DNA of 64,000 bases from Isurus oxyrinchus (taxonomy: Eukaryota): positions 868,001 through 932,000 of the forward strand of contig JANJGN010000167.1 in NCBI GenBank assembly GCA_026770705.1. Direction: 5' to 3'. The notes under the pieces were generated by a model that made no database searches, had not been told where the DNA came from, and saw only the letters and a list, made by a program, of their open reading frames with translations. Every line of letters starts with the position of its first letter. Positions within the stretch are counted from its first letter, which is position 1. Positions 47,516 to 61,260 of the stretch are shown one piece after another. A program made the translations under genes and the position numbers.

Positions 47516-49499
47516 CAAATGCAGGTCTAAATGAATGCTTAATATAGTAAGTAGGATGCGTGGCTATTTAAAATATACACCTTCCCAAACACAACTGTCT
47601 TAATTTGTATCTTATTTGAAGAACGAGAAACGAATTGGTAATTTTAAAAAAATATTCCTGATTTTATTCGATTTTGGGATATGCGCGTCACGGGCAGAAC
47701 TGATATTTATTTCCTAGACCTTGTGACCCTCCATCTTTAAAGGTTACAGTCCGCGAGGTCAATGTGATTCCACATTGCTGCTTCTTCTCTTTAGTTACAG
47801 TTGAATGGATTGCTGGACAACTTCAGATGGTAGCTTAGAGAGTAAAGTTTTATTTCCTTACCTCAAGGGCAATAACGCATCATTTAGGTATTTACCATAT
47901 TCAAAAGTCTTGGTGGTCAATTTAAGTGCTCGAAGATATTTAATTAATTAAATCATACACCATGGAAATAACCCATTTTCTTCATAATTCGAATGTATTT
48001 GTTAAAGATGTTAAATCGTCTCGCGCTTCTGCTCTTTCGCAATAGCCTAAAAAATCTTTGTTTTTTAAGTTGAGTCAGTTCACTTCTGAAAGTTACGAAA
48101 TTATTTGCTTTCTCCATTAATTTAAATAAGTATTTCAGACAAAATCAACATGTGTAAATGGGAAAAAAGTCTGCGTATCCTCGCTAGATATTTATTTTGT
48201 CAATTATCATAAATCCATGTCTTCTGGTTACCGACACATGCCAATGGGCAGCGCTTCTAACTAACTTAAATAGCAAAGCACTTAATGTATTTGAACACCT
48301 CTATTATGTAATTATTTTTAGATTTCCCGCTCAAAGAGGAATAATTCGTGCATCTCCATACTTTCCAGATAACTGAAGTCCATCAGTCCTGGTGAAGTTC
48401 TTCATTAATGTTTCACGTTGCTTACACGTATTTCTTCTCTGTGCCTCTATTTATCATTATTATTTCTTGTTAGCGGCTTTCTCATTTTTCTCACCTGCCA
48501 TCATCACTGATTTGTTAGTTCACTAGAGGGATCCATCCAGCTGTTTTTCTATTTCACCATGAAGTTAGAACAGCCTATCATATATACGTTTTTCTTCCAG
48601 GCTGAAGCACACATTTATCCAAATTAACTTTGACCTGTCATGTTTTTGTACCTTTCATCTCTCAGTTTGTCTCCTTATGAAGAGCTTCTCTTCGCGATTT
48701 TCTATATTTTCAAGGCTTGTCTCATTACTAAATATTGAAAGTATTATCTTTATTTCGAAATTCAGCTCATTAGTTTATATCAACAAGATGAGGTTTTTTT
48801 GATACCCGGCGAGACGCGTGTGTAACCCCGTTGAGTGGAATGAAACAAATTAGTAATATTTTCAGTTTTCTGATTCACAGCCACATTCTGATTCACATTG
48901 CTGCTGACCCGTTAATGACATGAGCTTCGTTAATGAGAAAATTAGTTATTTTTAAATTAAATTCATGATGGGAAACAAACATTCAAGCTTAGACTAGTCC
49001 CATAATATAAACTCTATACTACTGTATCTGTTATAAAGCATCATCACCCTGCTATCTAACATTAACGCTGCTCATTAACACCTCTCCTTCCCATACCCCG
49101 TATCCTTTCCTACTTCCAATTTTCTCCTGGCATTCCACGAGCAATGGACGAAAAAAGAAAATGGGAGAGGTAGGAAAAATCAATGGGGCATGTTTGTAAT
49201 GGACTGGAAGGAATGAGTGGATGAATGATGATAGGGATGATGATCAAGATAAAGGAGCAGTTGCTCGTGATACTGTCTTTTCCACTTACACAAACTGTAG
49301 GCCCACCTTTTATTTCCTTGTACCATTAAGCTTTGCTTTTCATTTGCAACTTCATTCCGTCCGTCAAGTAATCTACCCTACACTTCCTCCTGTTGTTCGC
49401 CAGCACTCATTTTTGTGTCCCTGTATTTGCTTAAACTGGTTGTGACTGTAACTTGAGGAAGAATAATTCTGCCAGGGGGTCGCTCGTCCTTGGAAATAT

Positions 49500-50270
49500 C
49501 TTTCTCCGGAGAGAAGTGAATACTTGGTCATTGAATATATTCAAGCGAGTTACACACATTATCGTTTGTAAAGGGGGTCGTCTATTATCAGGGTCAATGA
49601 GGAAAGCAGAGTTAAAGCCATAATTAGATCAACCATGGTAATACTGCATTGTGAAGCAGCCTCAATGGGCCATATGAATTACTCCATCTCTGTATAAAAG
49701 GCTGTTAGGCCACAGCTAGTGTGCTGTTTGAGTTCTGGAATCCACATTATAGTAAGGAAGCTATTTCACTAGAGAGAGTGCAGAGGACATTCAACAAGAT
49801 TTTGCCTACGCTGGAGAGTTTTAGTAATGATGAGAGATTGAATAGACTGGGGTTATTATCGCTGGAACAGAGCAGATAGAGGGGGTACACTTTTTAGGTG
49901 TATAAAATTATGAGGACATAGATAGTGTAGGCAGGAAGGAAAATTTCCCCTTGCTGGAGGGATCAATGTCCAGCAGGGTATAGATTTAAGGTAAGGAGCA
50001 TGTGCAGAAATATTTGTTCCCCCAGATGGTGAATCTGGAACTCACTGCCTGAAATGGTGATAGAGGCAGCAACGCTCCTAACATTTGAGGAGTTTTTGGA
50101 TGTGCACTTGCGATGACATGGCATACAAGGCTATGGGCCTAGTGCTGGAAAATGGGGTTAGAATATCCAGGAACCTATGTACCGGAGCAAGCTCGATGGG
50201 TCAAAGTGCATTTATTCTGTGCTGTGGGCCTCTATGACTCCATGACTCTATTCCTTATGTTATGTGTGTT
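49500..50270 (+). mobile_element. CR1-type LINE 3' fragments
   Basis: GTTAGGCCACAGCTAG..GAGAGAGTGCAGAGG..TGGAACTCACTGCCTGAAA and CTCTATGACTCCATGACTCTA tail. Confidence 0.75.
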
Positions 50271-50845
50271 TTGTTTTCTCCCAGTTCTGATAGCAGTCCA
50301 TTGAATTTCGATTAGCCATAATTTACCCTAATAATATGTTTGAAGGTGCCGGTCCATAAGGGCATTGTTTCCTTGACCTCAGGGCACACTGAAACAGAAT
50401 TTTTGTTTTAGGTCTCGGTATCAGATTCCAATATTATGTCTAGTGCCACTCCAGACAATAGCAGCTTCATTTAACTTACTTTTACAACTTGAGATTTGAA
50501 AGCACAATATTGAGCTTGTGGATCCTAAATATAATTATAACAGGGCCAACCAAAATCTTCAATTTAATTACCGACCCTTGTTGTTCTTTATTTATTTTCT
50601 ACAATCTCTCTATTCATTATTAACATTTGTTACTCATGGAAATGTTGTTCCATTTATTTCATTGAATTTTTATACCTGTTATATAATGACACCCTAAAGC
50701 AGCATTATATTGTTCTGTGGATTGACAATAGATTTGTTGCAATTGATGCATAATCGTAACTTTTACAGTATATCCTTTTAACTGATACCACGTTTCTCTG
50801 AAATTTGCCTAATAAGAACTTGTTGTTTAATCCGAATTCCTGCGG

Positions 50846-51762
50846 TCAACTTTGTGGTGATTTTGATCCTGAAACAAGGGAATTGCGGCCTTTCCAACTG
50901 TATCACGAGGTACCTAATGGCCATGATAACAGCAGAGCTGCTGCTCATCAAAATTGATGTTATACTGTATCGGATTAATAACATCCATTTCCTAATTATT
51001 TTTTTATTCATCACTCCAGTGTGTAAACTGAAAATAGTTTTGGCTCTTGCGGCCCTGCACTGTTCCGTATGGTTCACAGTCGCTTTTAGCTTTGATCGAA
51101 CTGTAGCCAGTTCCTGTCAGAAACTAAAAGCAAAATATTGCAGCAAGAGAACGGCAACTGTGGTTATAGGGACTGTGAGCGTTGTCAGCTGTGTGAGATC
51201 CATTTCCTGGTACTTTGCCTTTGTTCCTTTCATAATTATCCACAATATGCCATGGTTTTGCATTGAAACACAAGAGTTTTATACCTCATCCTTTTGGATA
51301 GCGTGTGAGATGATTGACAGCATATTAATACCGTTGTTTCCATTTATCCTGATTTTGGTGTTCAACTCTATGACTATCAGGAACATTATAATTGTCAGTC
51401 GGCTCCGGAAGGGCCTCCGACGCCAAGGCAGATCAGAGAACGATAGTGACCCAGAATTGGAGAACATTTTACTCTTTGCTTTGTCTGCCAATTTTATCCT
51501 GCTGTGGATTACATCTGGTGCACATTCGTTAAATTGGCAAGTTGTAAACTACAATTTTACGAACAAATATTTTCGTAATCCAGCCTATTGTATTCAACAA
51601 TTTGGATTCATGCGACGGCCTCTGAGCTCGTGCACCAACACCTGCATTTATGCACTAACCCTGAGTAAATTTAGAGAGGAGTTAAAGAATGGGCTTAAAT
51701 ATCGATTTATTCTAATTGCTACATTATTTGAACGGCAATATGAAAGCGAATCTCAACAATAG
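50846..51762 (+). pseudogene. GPR139/GPR142-like GPCR gene 2, exon 2; frame open but probable pseudogene
   Basis: 7TM ORF (GNCGLS.CITRYL, SVWFTVAFSFDR, TNTCIY, KFREELK). The expected acceptor reads CTGCGG|TC instead of CTGCAG. RRKSI is missing before TM6, TM2 Asp is Glu (AELL), and TM7 contains Arg-Arg-Pro. AATAAA at 51850-51855. Confidence 0.8.
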
Positions 51763-51855
51763 CTGAATTCCTAGCATTGCAAATCAGTCCCTTTTCAAAT
51801 TTCATTCCATGCTGTCACTTTATAATTATTGCAATCCGGAATATTCGATAATAAA

Positions 51856-52818
51856 TGTGACCTTTGTGAGGAACACGCTAATTGGGAAGTTGGAAAAACA
51901 ATGAATTTTGGTTACTCATCCTCCTGATTTGTTTTAACAACTCTGCAAGTTTAATTCCGACCATTGCTTATGCCGTTATATTTGCGGAAACCACAGATCA
52001 ACAGCTAGATGTCGAGCGGGGACACGTGGTGAGAGGAGTTTTTTTGTTTAGCAGAGTTAAAGAAGAGCGACACTTGCAGGGTGAGAGGCTCTTGCTGATT
52101 TATTGACAACACCCGGCCTGGAAGACGTACGAACAATTTATTATTTTTGAACTCAGAGTCAGTGAGTTTGTGATGGCCTTCAGAGCAGGATGCAAAGGGA
52201 GTCTGTCGCCCTCTCCCCCCTCCCCTATCTCTCTCTCTATGCAGAATTGCCTACAGTGCAATTGAGTTAAACTTCAACCTGAAAATTCTCCTCAGAATTA
52301 CTCATCTAGATTTTTTAAATAGTCTACCAAGTTGTGACAAACAAGAATTATCAAAGACAGTGTTTCACCATAGATCCGTCTGAAAACACTTCCAGAACTA
52401 TAGTGACCAGAGTTCTGTTAGGTCAACAGTGTCGAGGACATTTCTAACTTCATCCTTTAAAAGAAAACTCTCCCATCCTCCAGCCCCTGCAGAGATCGTA
52501 TTTGTTTTGTGTTTGTGTTTGTGTGTGAGTATTTCTTTTAAAGGGGTTGAAATCATTACACTTGCAAATTGCAAAGTGTTTTTGAACCGGTTTTGCAAGT
52601 TGTTTTTTTATAAAAACATATGTTTGTTTACTAATAAATCGATTATTTTGTTTTACTTGAAAGAAGCCTGGTTAAATATTTTTATACTTGGGCATAGCCG
52701 TATGAAATGTAAATATATGGCTATTTGGTGAGTTATTTAAACATTTATAGGATTGTAGTCACCCGTGGATTATTGTTGCTAGATTTAAATACACACACCT
52801 CTCATCATGGTCAGCAAC
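51856..52818 (+). mobile_element. Probable solo LTR
   Basis: Begins TGTGACC and ends GGTCAGCAACA (TG...CA with imperfect inverted ends). Internal AATAAA at ~52633 with a TG-rich stretch. No coding capacity. Confidence 0.45.
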
Positions 52819-53708
52819 ACCGCGGTAAATTTTCCATTCTCATCCTGCACAATCTTATAGCCTTGCAAACCATTAACACAAAATCTATCTGAAATATCTT
52901 TCCTCCATTGACCAGCTCAGTGAGACTGCATTCGCTAGCCTTATTGTTACATATCAATTTATAGACAAAGCATGTACACGAATATCATTGTGATGGATTT
53001 TATACTGCTTTGAAGGGAGAGATGCAGGTAGAACAAGATATAAGGTTGGGGTAGGTGACAGCTTAGGAGAGATTGATTTAAAAAAAGGCATAGGGGAAGG
53101 GATTGTCTTTTCAGCAACTCAGACTGTGTATCGCTTACAAGTAGCTCAACAGTGAAGCACACGTTGCGCAGCTTTTTTAGGAAGACATCTCGAAGCATCA
53201 TATGTTTTGTTTTGGCCTAGCCAGCAGCTGGCGGCATTTAAGGAAATTTATTTACGATTCAGCAGCATTGCTGAAAGAGGCATCAATCGCGTGGAGTTGT
53301 TGGGAAACGAGTTACTAATTCGTGTATAGGGCCATTGATAGCTTAATTGCGATCCCTTTAAGGTATGGTTGTAGGATTAGTTGCACTGGCTGTTGCAAGT
53401 CAGCTCGAGTGAATTTGCCTGCAACATTGCAGCGAACTGCAGGCATGGACACATTTCAGAGGGATATCACTGCTCGTTTGCAACTGTTCCTCTGTTAAGT
53501 TGCAATAGTTTGATTGCATGTTACCCACAGATTTGTGGCACAGAGGTGTTAAAAGAACGGATCTGTCACATCAAGAGGCAGGAATTTCCAAGAATGGAGA
53601 AAAGCTTCGCTGCTCCAAGAGCAAGTGTCGCTTTCCAATTTGTTTTGCAGGATGACAGCAAACATGCATGGGTTCTGAGGGAAAACAAAAGCTTGATTCA
53701 AGACAACA

Positions 53709-53782
53709 TTACCCAACAGGGTATGGAACCCGCGATTTTGACGTTATTAATACCAAGCTCTACACATCTGAGCTAAACAGCG
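53709..53782 (-). pseudogene. tRNA-Ile(AAT) pseudogene
   Basis: + strand GAACCCGCGATTTTGACGTTATTAATACCAAGCTCTACACATCTGAGCTAA aligns without gaps to the reverse complement of vertebrate tRNA-Ile-AAT (GAACCCGCGACCTTGGCGTTATTAGCACCACGCTCTAACCAACTGAGCTAA). Acceptor and anticodon stems are mutated. Confidence 0.75.
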
Positions 53783-53919
53783 ACTGCTTCCACATATCCC
53801 TCGTGTGATCAAGTGAATTCAAATTCTGACCAGCTGTCGAGGGGGGATCACAGCATTTTGTTTTGCTGACAGATCGTGCACCAACTGGAACGTAGGAAAT
53901 ATCGTGTTGGGTAGTTAAT

Positions 53920-55098
53920 ATCGTGACGAGAGAGTGATTGCCCTTGACATCAAGGCAGCGTTTGACCGAGTATGGCATCAAGGAACCCTGGCAAATCTGA
54001 AGTCAATGTGAATCTACAGAGAGCTCTCCGCTGGTTGGAGTGGTACCTAGCATAGAGGAAGATGGCTGGTGTTGTTGGTGATCAATCACCTGAGCACCCA
54101 GACAGAACTGCAGAAGTTCCTCAGGTTAGGGTCTTCGACACAACTATCTTCAGATGCTTCATTAATGACCTTCTTCCCATCATATGGCCAGGACTGGGAA
54201 TGTTCACTGATGATTGTACAATGTCCAGCACCATTCATGACTCCTCTAATACTCCTGCAGTCCGTGTCCAAATGCAAAAATCCTGGACAATGTCTAGGAT
54301 TGGCGTAAAAAGTTGCTAGTAGCACCTGTGCCACATACGTGCCAAACAATGACCATATGGAATAAGATAGAACCCAACAATCACTGCTTGATATTCAGTA
54401 TCATTACCATCACTGAATCCCCCATTATCAACACTCTAGCTGTTCCCATTGTCCAGAAACTGAGCTGGATTAGCCATATAAGTACTGCGGCCATGAGAGC
54501 AGGTCAGAGGCTAGGAATCCTGTGACGAGTAACTCACCTCCTGATTCCCGAAAGCCTGTCCACCATCTACAAGGCACAAGCAAGGAGTGTGATGGGAACC
54601 TACCCAATGGCCTGAATGAGTGCAGTTCCCAAACAGTAAAGAAGCTTGTCACTTTCCAGGACAAAGCAGCCCACTTGAACAACACCACATCCAAAAACAT
54701 TCACTCCCTACACCATCAACTCACAGTAGCGGCAATGTCTATTATTTATCAGATGTAATGCAGGAATTCACTAATCTTCCTTTGGCAGCAGCTTCCGCAA
54801 GCGCACGGCCACTACCAGTTAGAAAGGTGAGGGCAGCCGAGAGATGGGAAGGTCACCAACAAGAAGTTCCCCTCCAAGCCACTCATCACTCTGACTTGGA
54901 AATATACTGCCGTCCCTTCACTGTTACTGGGTCAGCATCCAGGAGCTCCCTTCTTGAAGCACTGTGGATGTACACACACCACCTTAACTGCAGCGGTTAA
55001 AGAAGGCAGCTCACAACCACTGTTTCAAGGGAAACTAGGGAGGGGCGATACATGCTGGACAAACCAGCGAAACCTACATCCCGTGAATGAATAAAAAA
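53920..55098 (+). mobile_element. 5'-truncated LINE (CR1/L2-group RT), degraded
   Basis: Translates IALDIKAAFDRVWHQG, VPQ, FINDL, MFTDD. Ends in GAATGAATAAAAAA. Confidence 0.85.
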
Positions 55099-56009
55099 TA
55101 TTGCAAACTGAAAGCTTCAGTTTAGTGGCGAGCTGGAAGGAAATCTTTTCTCCCCAGAGCAGTCTGATTGTTTCGATCTTCACAAAGCTGCTCAGCAGCG
55201 TCACTGACCTTCGTTTTCTCAATGTTGAATATATTCTGCCGCAAGGTTGAAAATGTTTTGCCATCATTAGGCTGATATCCCAAGCAAATCTCAAACTGAA
55301 AAAAGATATCGCCATCAATTCTTATGCAATCTCTCTTTTTCTATTTCTAACATGAGATTTGACATGTCTCCCATGCAAAGTATAAGTTGCTCGTCGAGAA
55401 TTGCCTTGAGAAGGATTGCTGAACATAAAGAGAGAAAGCAGTTGAAACATTGAAGTAACAATAGCTTTGAAATGTTGCCGTATGGCAAGTTTGTTGCAGT
55501 TCAACCTTTTGAACTGAAATGCGAATGAGGAGTAAGGTGGTTACTAAACGCAAACTCATGACTGGGTTTCAGCGGGAAATGGCCCAGTGCCTGTATAATT
55601 TCATATTGTTAGCATAATTCGGCGGAGTTGCAAGGGCACGGAACTTAAATATATTTCCTCCTATCTCTGAATCAACGACTTTGGGTGTTTAGGGCAAGTT
55701 TAGAATCCAGTAAATGGCAGAACGAGGCCAACTGCCCTTATGTTTGATATATTTACTTTGGTAACAATCATAGAGCAGCGAAAATTCACGGTAGGGGGAG
55801 CACACTAATTTTTAGTCATGCGTGTATCCTCTACTGGGTGCCCTCATAAAGAATAGATGTGAGATAGATTGGAACTGGAAAAACTTATACGGAAAAGCAT
55901 TGGCTTCTCAGCCACATAAAACCAATGTGTCCCATAAATTTATCTCAGCAATGACGTACACATTATGCGGTGAAGTATTTTGTTTCATTCCGGTCTTCAT
56001 TGAAAGTAA

Positions 56010-57899
56010 TTAACAAAACATTGGGAGTCCGTTGTGCAGCTTTTCAGAAAGATATATAGAAGCAACAAGTATATCAATGGGTAGAGGATGAACCAGGAAA
56101 AGATTAGGGTCCATAAGCGAACAAGGGGGTAAGCTATGGGCGTAGCCAGAGTACATCCTTAGAGTGTTGAATTAATATTTTACGCCTGTCTTCACCTAAG
56201 AGAATGAGGATGAAGGTATGGAACTCGGGGAGAGAGACTGCGATGTTCTTAAGAAAATTGATATAGGGTGTGACAAGATATTGGAGGTATTGGCAGGATT
56301 AAAAGTGGACAAATCTCCAGGACCGGATGATTTGTGTCCAGACTGCAGGGGGAGGCAAGGGAGAAGATCGCAGGGTCTCTGACCAAATTTTTAATTCCTC
56401 TCTGGCCACGTGGGAGGTGCAAGAGGACTAGGGAATAGCTAATGTGGCTCCGCTATTTAAAAAGGGCTGTAGTGATAAGCCAGGGAAACACAGGCCAGGG
56501 AGTCTCACGACACTGGTTGAGAAACTATTGGAGAATGTACTGAAGGAGCGTATATAACTCCACATAGAGAGGCAAGGTTTGATCAGGAATAGTCAGAATG
56601 GCTTTGTTAGAGGGAGGTCATGCCTAACAAATTTGATTCAATTTTTACAGGAGGTAACCAGGCGCGTAGATGAGACCAGTGCATTTGATGTAGTTTGTAG
56701 GGATTTGAGCAAAGCCTTTGACAAGGTATTACATGGGAGACTTATAACGAAGGCAAAGGCACATGGGACGCAGGGTAATTTGGTAAGGTGGATTCAAAAA
56801 TGTCTTAGTTGTATGAGGCCGAGTGTGATGACAGAAGAATGTTTTAGTAACTGGAAGCCAGTGTCCAGAGGCGTACCACAGAGATCTGTTTTTGGTTCCC
56901 TATTATTTGCCATTTATATAAACGACATAGATGACTATGTGTGGGGGTAGGATTAGTAAGTTTGCGGATGACACAAAGACTGGCCAGGTGGTTGACAGTG
57001 AGGTTGAGTGTCTTTGGCTACCGGAAGATATAGACGGGATTGTCAAAAGGGCAGATAAGTAGCAGTTGGAATTTAACCCTGAAAAGTGTGAGGTGATACA
57101 CTTTGGAAGGAGTAATTTGACAAGGAAGTATTCAATGAACGGCAAGGCACCAGGAAGTTCTGAGGAACAAAGGGAACTTGGCGTGTGTGTCCATAGATCT
57201 CTGAAGGAAGAGAGACATGTTACTGGGGCGGTGAAAATGGCGTATGGGATACTTGAATTATCAATCGACGCATAGATTACAAAAGTAGGGAGGTCATGTT
57301 GGAGTTGTATAGAACTTTGGTGAGGCCACAGCTGTAGTACTGTGTGCTGTTCTGGTTGCCAGATTATAGGAAGGATGTGATTGCACTGGAGGGGGTGCAG
57401 AGGAGATTCACCAGGATGTTGCCTGGGATGAAACATTAAAGTTATGAAGAGAGGTTGGATAGACTTGAATTGTTTTCGTTGGAGCAAAGAAGACTGAGGG
57501 GCGACCTGATCGAGGTTTACAAGATGATGAGGGGCATGGATATTCTGGATAGGGAGCAGCTGTCCCCCTTAGTTGAAGGGTCAGTCACAAGGGGTCATAA
57601 GTTCAAATGTTCACGCAGGAGGTTTAGAGGGGATATGAAGAAAAACTTTGTTACCCAGACGGTGGTGACTGTCTGGAAGCACTGCCTGGGAGGGTGATGG
57701 AGGCGGGCTGCCTCACATCCTTTAAAAAGTACCTGGATGAGCACTTGGCACGGCGTAACATTCAAGGTTATGGGCGAAGTGCGGGTAATTGGTATTATGT
57801 AGGTAGGCCAGATGCTTCTCACGTGTCGGTGCAGACTCGGTGGGCTGAAGATTCACTTCTGCACGGTGATTCTTTGATTCTGTGATTATTTGATTCTGT
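56010..57899 (+). mobile_element. CR1 LINE ORF2 (RT) 3' ~1.9 kb, degraded
   Basis: DKSPGPD, SQNGFVRGRSCLTNL, DLSKAFDKV.HG, GVPQ.SV.G..LF.IYIND, SKFADDTK, FNPEKCEVIHFG, LFSLEQRRLRGDLIEVYK. GATTCT-repeat tail. Confidence 0.93.
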
Positions 57900-57904
57900 A
57901 AAGT

Positions 57905-58800
57905 GTGTGTTTGGCCCAGCAAGCAGCTGAGTTTTGAACAATGTGCTTATCAACAGCATTGCTGAAAGTGGGCGCATTTGCGTGCAGTTGCTTGGAATTG
58001 ACTTTTCATCCGGGTAGAGGGCCATTAATGGCTTCAATGCGGTCCCTTTAAGGTAAACTAGTATGATTTGTTGCACTGGCGATTGCAAGTTGGCTCGAGA
58101 AAATTGGCCTGCAACATTGCAGCGAACGACAGTCAGGGGCACAGTTGACAGCGTTGTCACTGCTCTTTTGCAAGTATTCTACTGTACAGTAGAAAATGAT
58201 TCATCACATGATACCGACAGACCGGTGGCACAGAAGTGTTTAAATAAGCCGGGATTTGTCAGAACAAAAGGCCTAAATTTTCCAAGAAGCAAAGAAGAAA
58301 TGAAAACTGCAATCCAACAGGGGTAACTGCCCCCAGTTGAAACCGCCTTGCAGCCTGTCAGAAACTACTTTAGTACTATAACTGAACATCACAATCACCA
58401 TTAGATATAAGATAGAAAAGCTTCACTGGTCAGGATAGGGGTTAGACCTGCGAGTTGTGAGGTATACGCGCCACGTACTAAACACATGATTGAACAATTC
58501 AAGTGTCAAATTTTCTGAGTAAGAGCAAGTGATTTTCAAATTCAGTCTATCAGTGAGTGGATAATCCAGCATTCTTCCTCACTGTCTGATCATGCACCAG
58601 CTGGAACATTAGAACTCTCATATTTTCAAACTCCAATCTTCAGGTCACCAGCAAGCTGGAAGGACAAATTTATTCCAAGAGCTGTCTCAAAGTTCCAAAT
58701 TTCACAAAGTTGCTCAGAAAAGTGGACGCTCCCCTTTTTTCTCAATGTTGAAACCATTCTGCCGAAAGCAAATCTGAAGGTGCAAAATTCCGTGCCATCG
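57905..58800 (+). repeat. Old local duplicate of 53205-53720 plus 55110-55300
   Basis: Shared blocks TTTGGCC.AGC.AGCAGCTG, CAGCATTGCTGAAAG, CCCTTTAAGGTA, GCCTGCAACATTGCAGCGAAC, and AGCTGGAAGGA...TTTTCTCAATGTTGAA...ATTCTGCCG. Confidence 0.75.
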
Positions 58801-59074
58801 ATCAGCTTATATTTTGTTTAATCTGTTGCATTCAAATTATCAACGACCTGCTATATGAAACATAAGTCGCTACCTAACAACCATATGCTGCCTCTTTCAG
58901 CAAAGCCGATTCATAAGGCAACAGGCAGTCAGCTGCTGGCTCGGCGAATAATCATTTGCTGCTTGTATATGTCTTCTAAACATATTGCACAACGGACTCT
59001 CATAGACCCATACATGTTTACAACACAGAATGCGGCCACTCGGACAATCGTGTAACAAAGATTTGACTGCACTA

Positions 59075-60460
59075 ATAAGACCACAAGACATAGGAGCAGA
59101 AAATAGGCCATTCAGCCCATTGAATCAGCTCTGCCATTCAGTTAAGGCCAATACATTTCTCAACCCCATTCCCCTGCATTCTCTCCATAACCTTTGATCC
59201 CCTTACTAATCATGAACCTATCTATCTTGGTCGTAAATGCACCCAGTGACCAGGCCTCCACAGCCTTCTCTGGCAATGAATTCCATAAATTCACCACTCT
59301 CTGGCTAATGAGGTTTCTCTTCGTTTCTGTTCTCAATGACCATCCCTTTAGTCTTAGGCTGTGCCCTCGGGTCCTGGACTCTCCTACTAACGGAAACATC
59401 TTCCCCACGTCCACTCGATCCAGGCCTTTCAGTATTCTGTAAGTTTCAATCAGATCCCCCCCCCCCCCCCCCTCATCCTTCTAAACTCCGTCGAGTATAG
59501 ACCCAGAGTCCTCAAATATTCCTCATATGTTAAGCCTTTCATTCCTGGGATCGATCTTGTGAACATCCTATGGACCCTCTCCTTCCTGAGAATTGGGGCC
59601 CAACATTGCTCACAATTTTCTAAATGTGTTCTGACCAGAGCCTTATGAAGCCTCCGCAGCACATCCCTGCATTTATATTCCAGTCCTTTCGAAATAAATG
59701 ACAACATTGCATTTACCTTCCTAAGTACTGACTCAAACTGCAAGTTGACCTTAAGAGAATCCTGACTTAGGAATCCCAAGTCACTTTGCACTCCAGATTT
59801 CTGAATTCTCTTCCCATTTAGAAAATACTTTATGCCTCTATTCTTCCTATCAAAGTGCATGATCTCATACATCCCAACTTTTTATTCCATCTGCCACTTC
59901 TTTGCCCATTCTCCTAATCTGTCTAAATCCTTCAGCAGCCTGCACCCGTCCTCAATACTACCTGTCCCAGCACCTATCTTTGTATCATCTGCAAACATAG
60001 CCAGAATGCACTGAGTTCCTTCTTCTGGATCATTAATTTATACGTTGAAAATGTGTGGTCCCAGCAATAACCGCTGCGGAACTCTACTAGTCACCGGCCA
60101 CCATGCTGAGATGGACCCCATTATCACCACTCTCTACCTCCTGCCAGACATCCAATTTTCTATCTATGCAAGTACCTTGCCTCTAACACCATGGTCTCTC
60201 ATCTTACTGAGCAGCCTCCTCTGCGACACCTTGTCAAAAGCCTTCTGGAAGTCCAATTAGATAACATCCATTGGCTCTCCTTTGTCTAACCTGCTCGTTA
60301 CCTTCTCAAATAATTCTAACAGACTTTTCAGCCATGGCCTCCCCTTGATGAGACCATGATCACTCTGCCCTATTTTACCATGCACTTCCAATTTTTCTGA
60401 AGTCACATCCTTAATAATGGACTCTAAAATCTTACCGACGACCGAGGTCAGGATAATCCC
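59075..60460 (-). mobile_element. CR1 LINE 3' fragment
   Basis: Minus-strand ORFs LTSVVGKILESII..SDHGLIKGR, MHFDRKN..YFLNG, MFPLVGESRTRGHSL..QRVVNLWNSLP. Tail ATAAGACCACAAGACATAGG on +. Confidence 0.92.
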
Positions 60461-61260
60461 ATTTTCCACCGCTTGTCCATAGTCCCGGATGCCATGGAAA
60501 TGTTGCAAGAGTCTCTGACACAAACACCCAATCAGGCAGTGCGTTCCAGACTTCCACCATTCTCTGGGTGAAATAATTTCTCCTCAACTCATCTCTTAGC
60601 CTTACACTTTTTCCCTTAATTCTGTGTACCCTGGTTATTGGCGTCTGTAGTAATGGGGAAAGTTGTTACCTGGCCACCTTTTCTACGCCCCTCATAGTCT
60701 TATGCACCTCTATCAGGTCCCCTCTCAACCTTCACTGTTCCGATTAAAACAAGCACAGCCTAACCAATCTTTCCTCATCAATCAGACCCTCCAGCCCAGG
60801 CAGTATCATGGTAAAACTCCATTGCACCCCATCCAGTGCAAAGACATCCTTCCCATAATTTCCTGACCAGAACTGCACACAATACTCCACTTGTGGCCTA
60901 ACCAGTGTTTAAACAGTTCCAGCACAGGCTCCCTGTTCTTCTATTCTATGCATTGGTTAATAAAGGTAAGAATCCCATATGACTTCTTAAGGACCTTATC
61001 TACCTGCCTGCTGCTTTCATGGATCTTGGTACAGGCACACCAAGCTCCTACTCATCTTCATTAATTCCCATGACCTATTATTCCTAGTGTCCTTCCTTGC
61101 TCTTTTAGCCGTCCCCAAAGGCATTGCCACACATTTTTTTGCCGGGTTGAGTTCCATTTGCTACTGCTCTTCCTACCTGACCAGTCCATTGATATCGTCC
61201 TGCAGTTTTCTGCTTTTCTCCTTACTATTTACCACCCTACCATCCTACCCTCCTAATGTT
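60460..61260 (-). mobile_element. Second CR1 LINE 3' fragment
   Basis: TATCAGGTCCCCTCTCAACCTT, CCAGAACTGCACACAATACTCCA.TTGTGGCCTAACCA on +. Confidence 0.8.
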
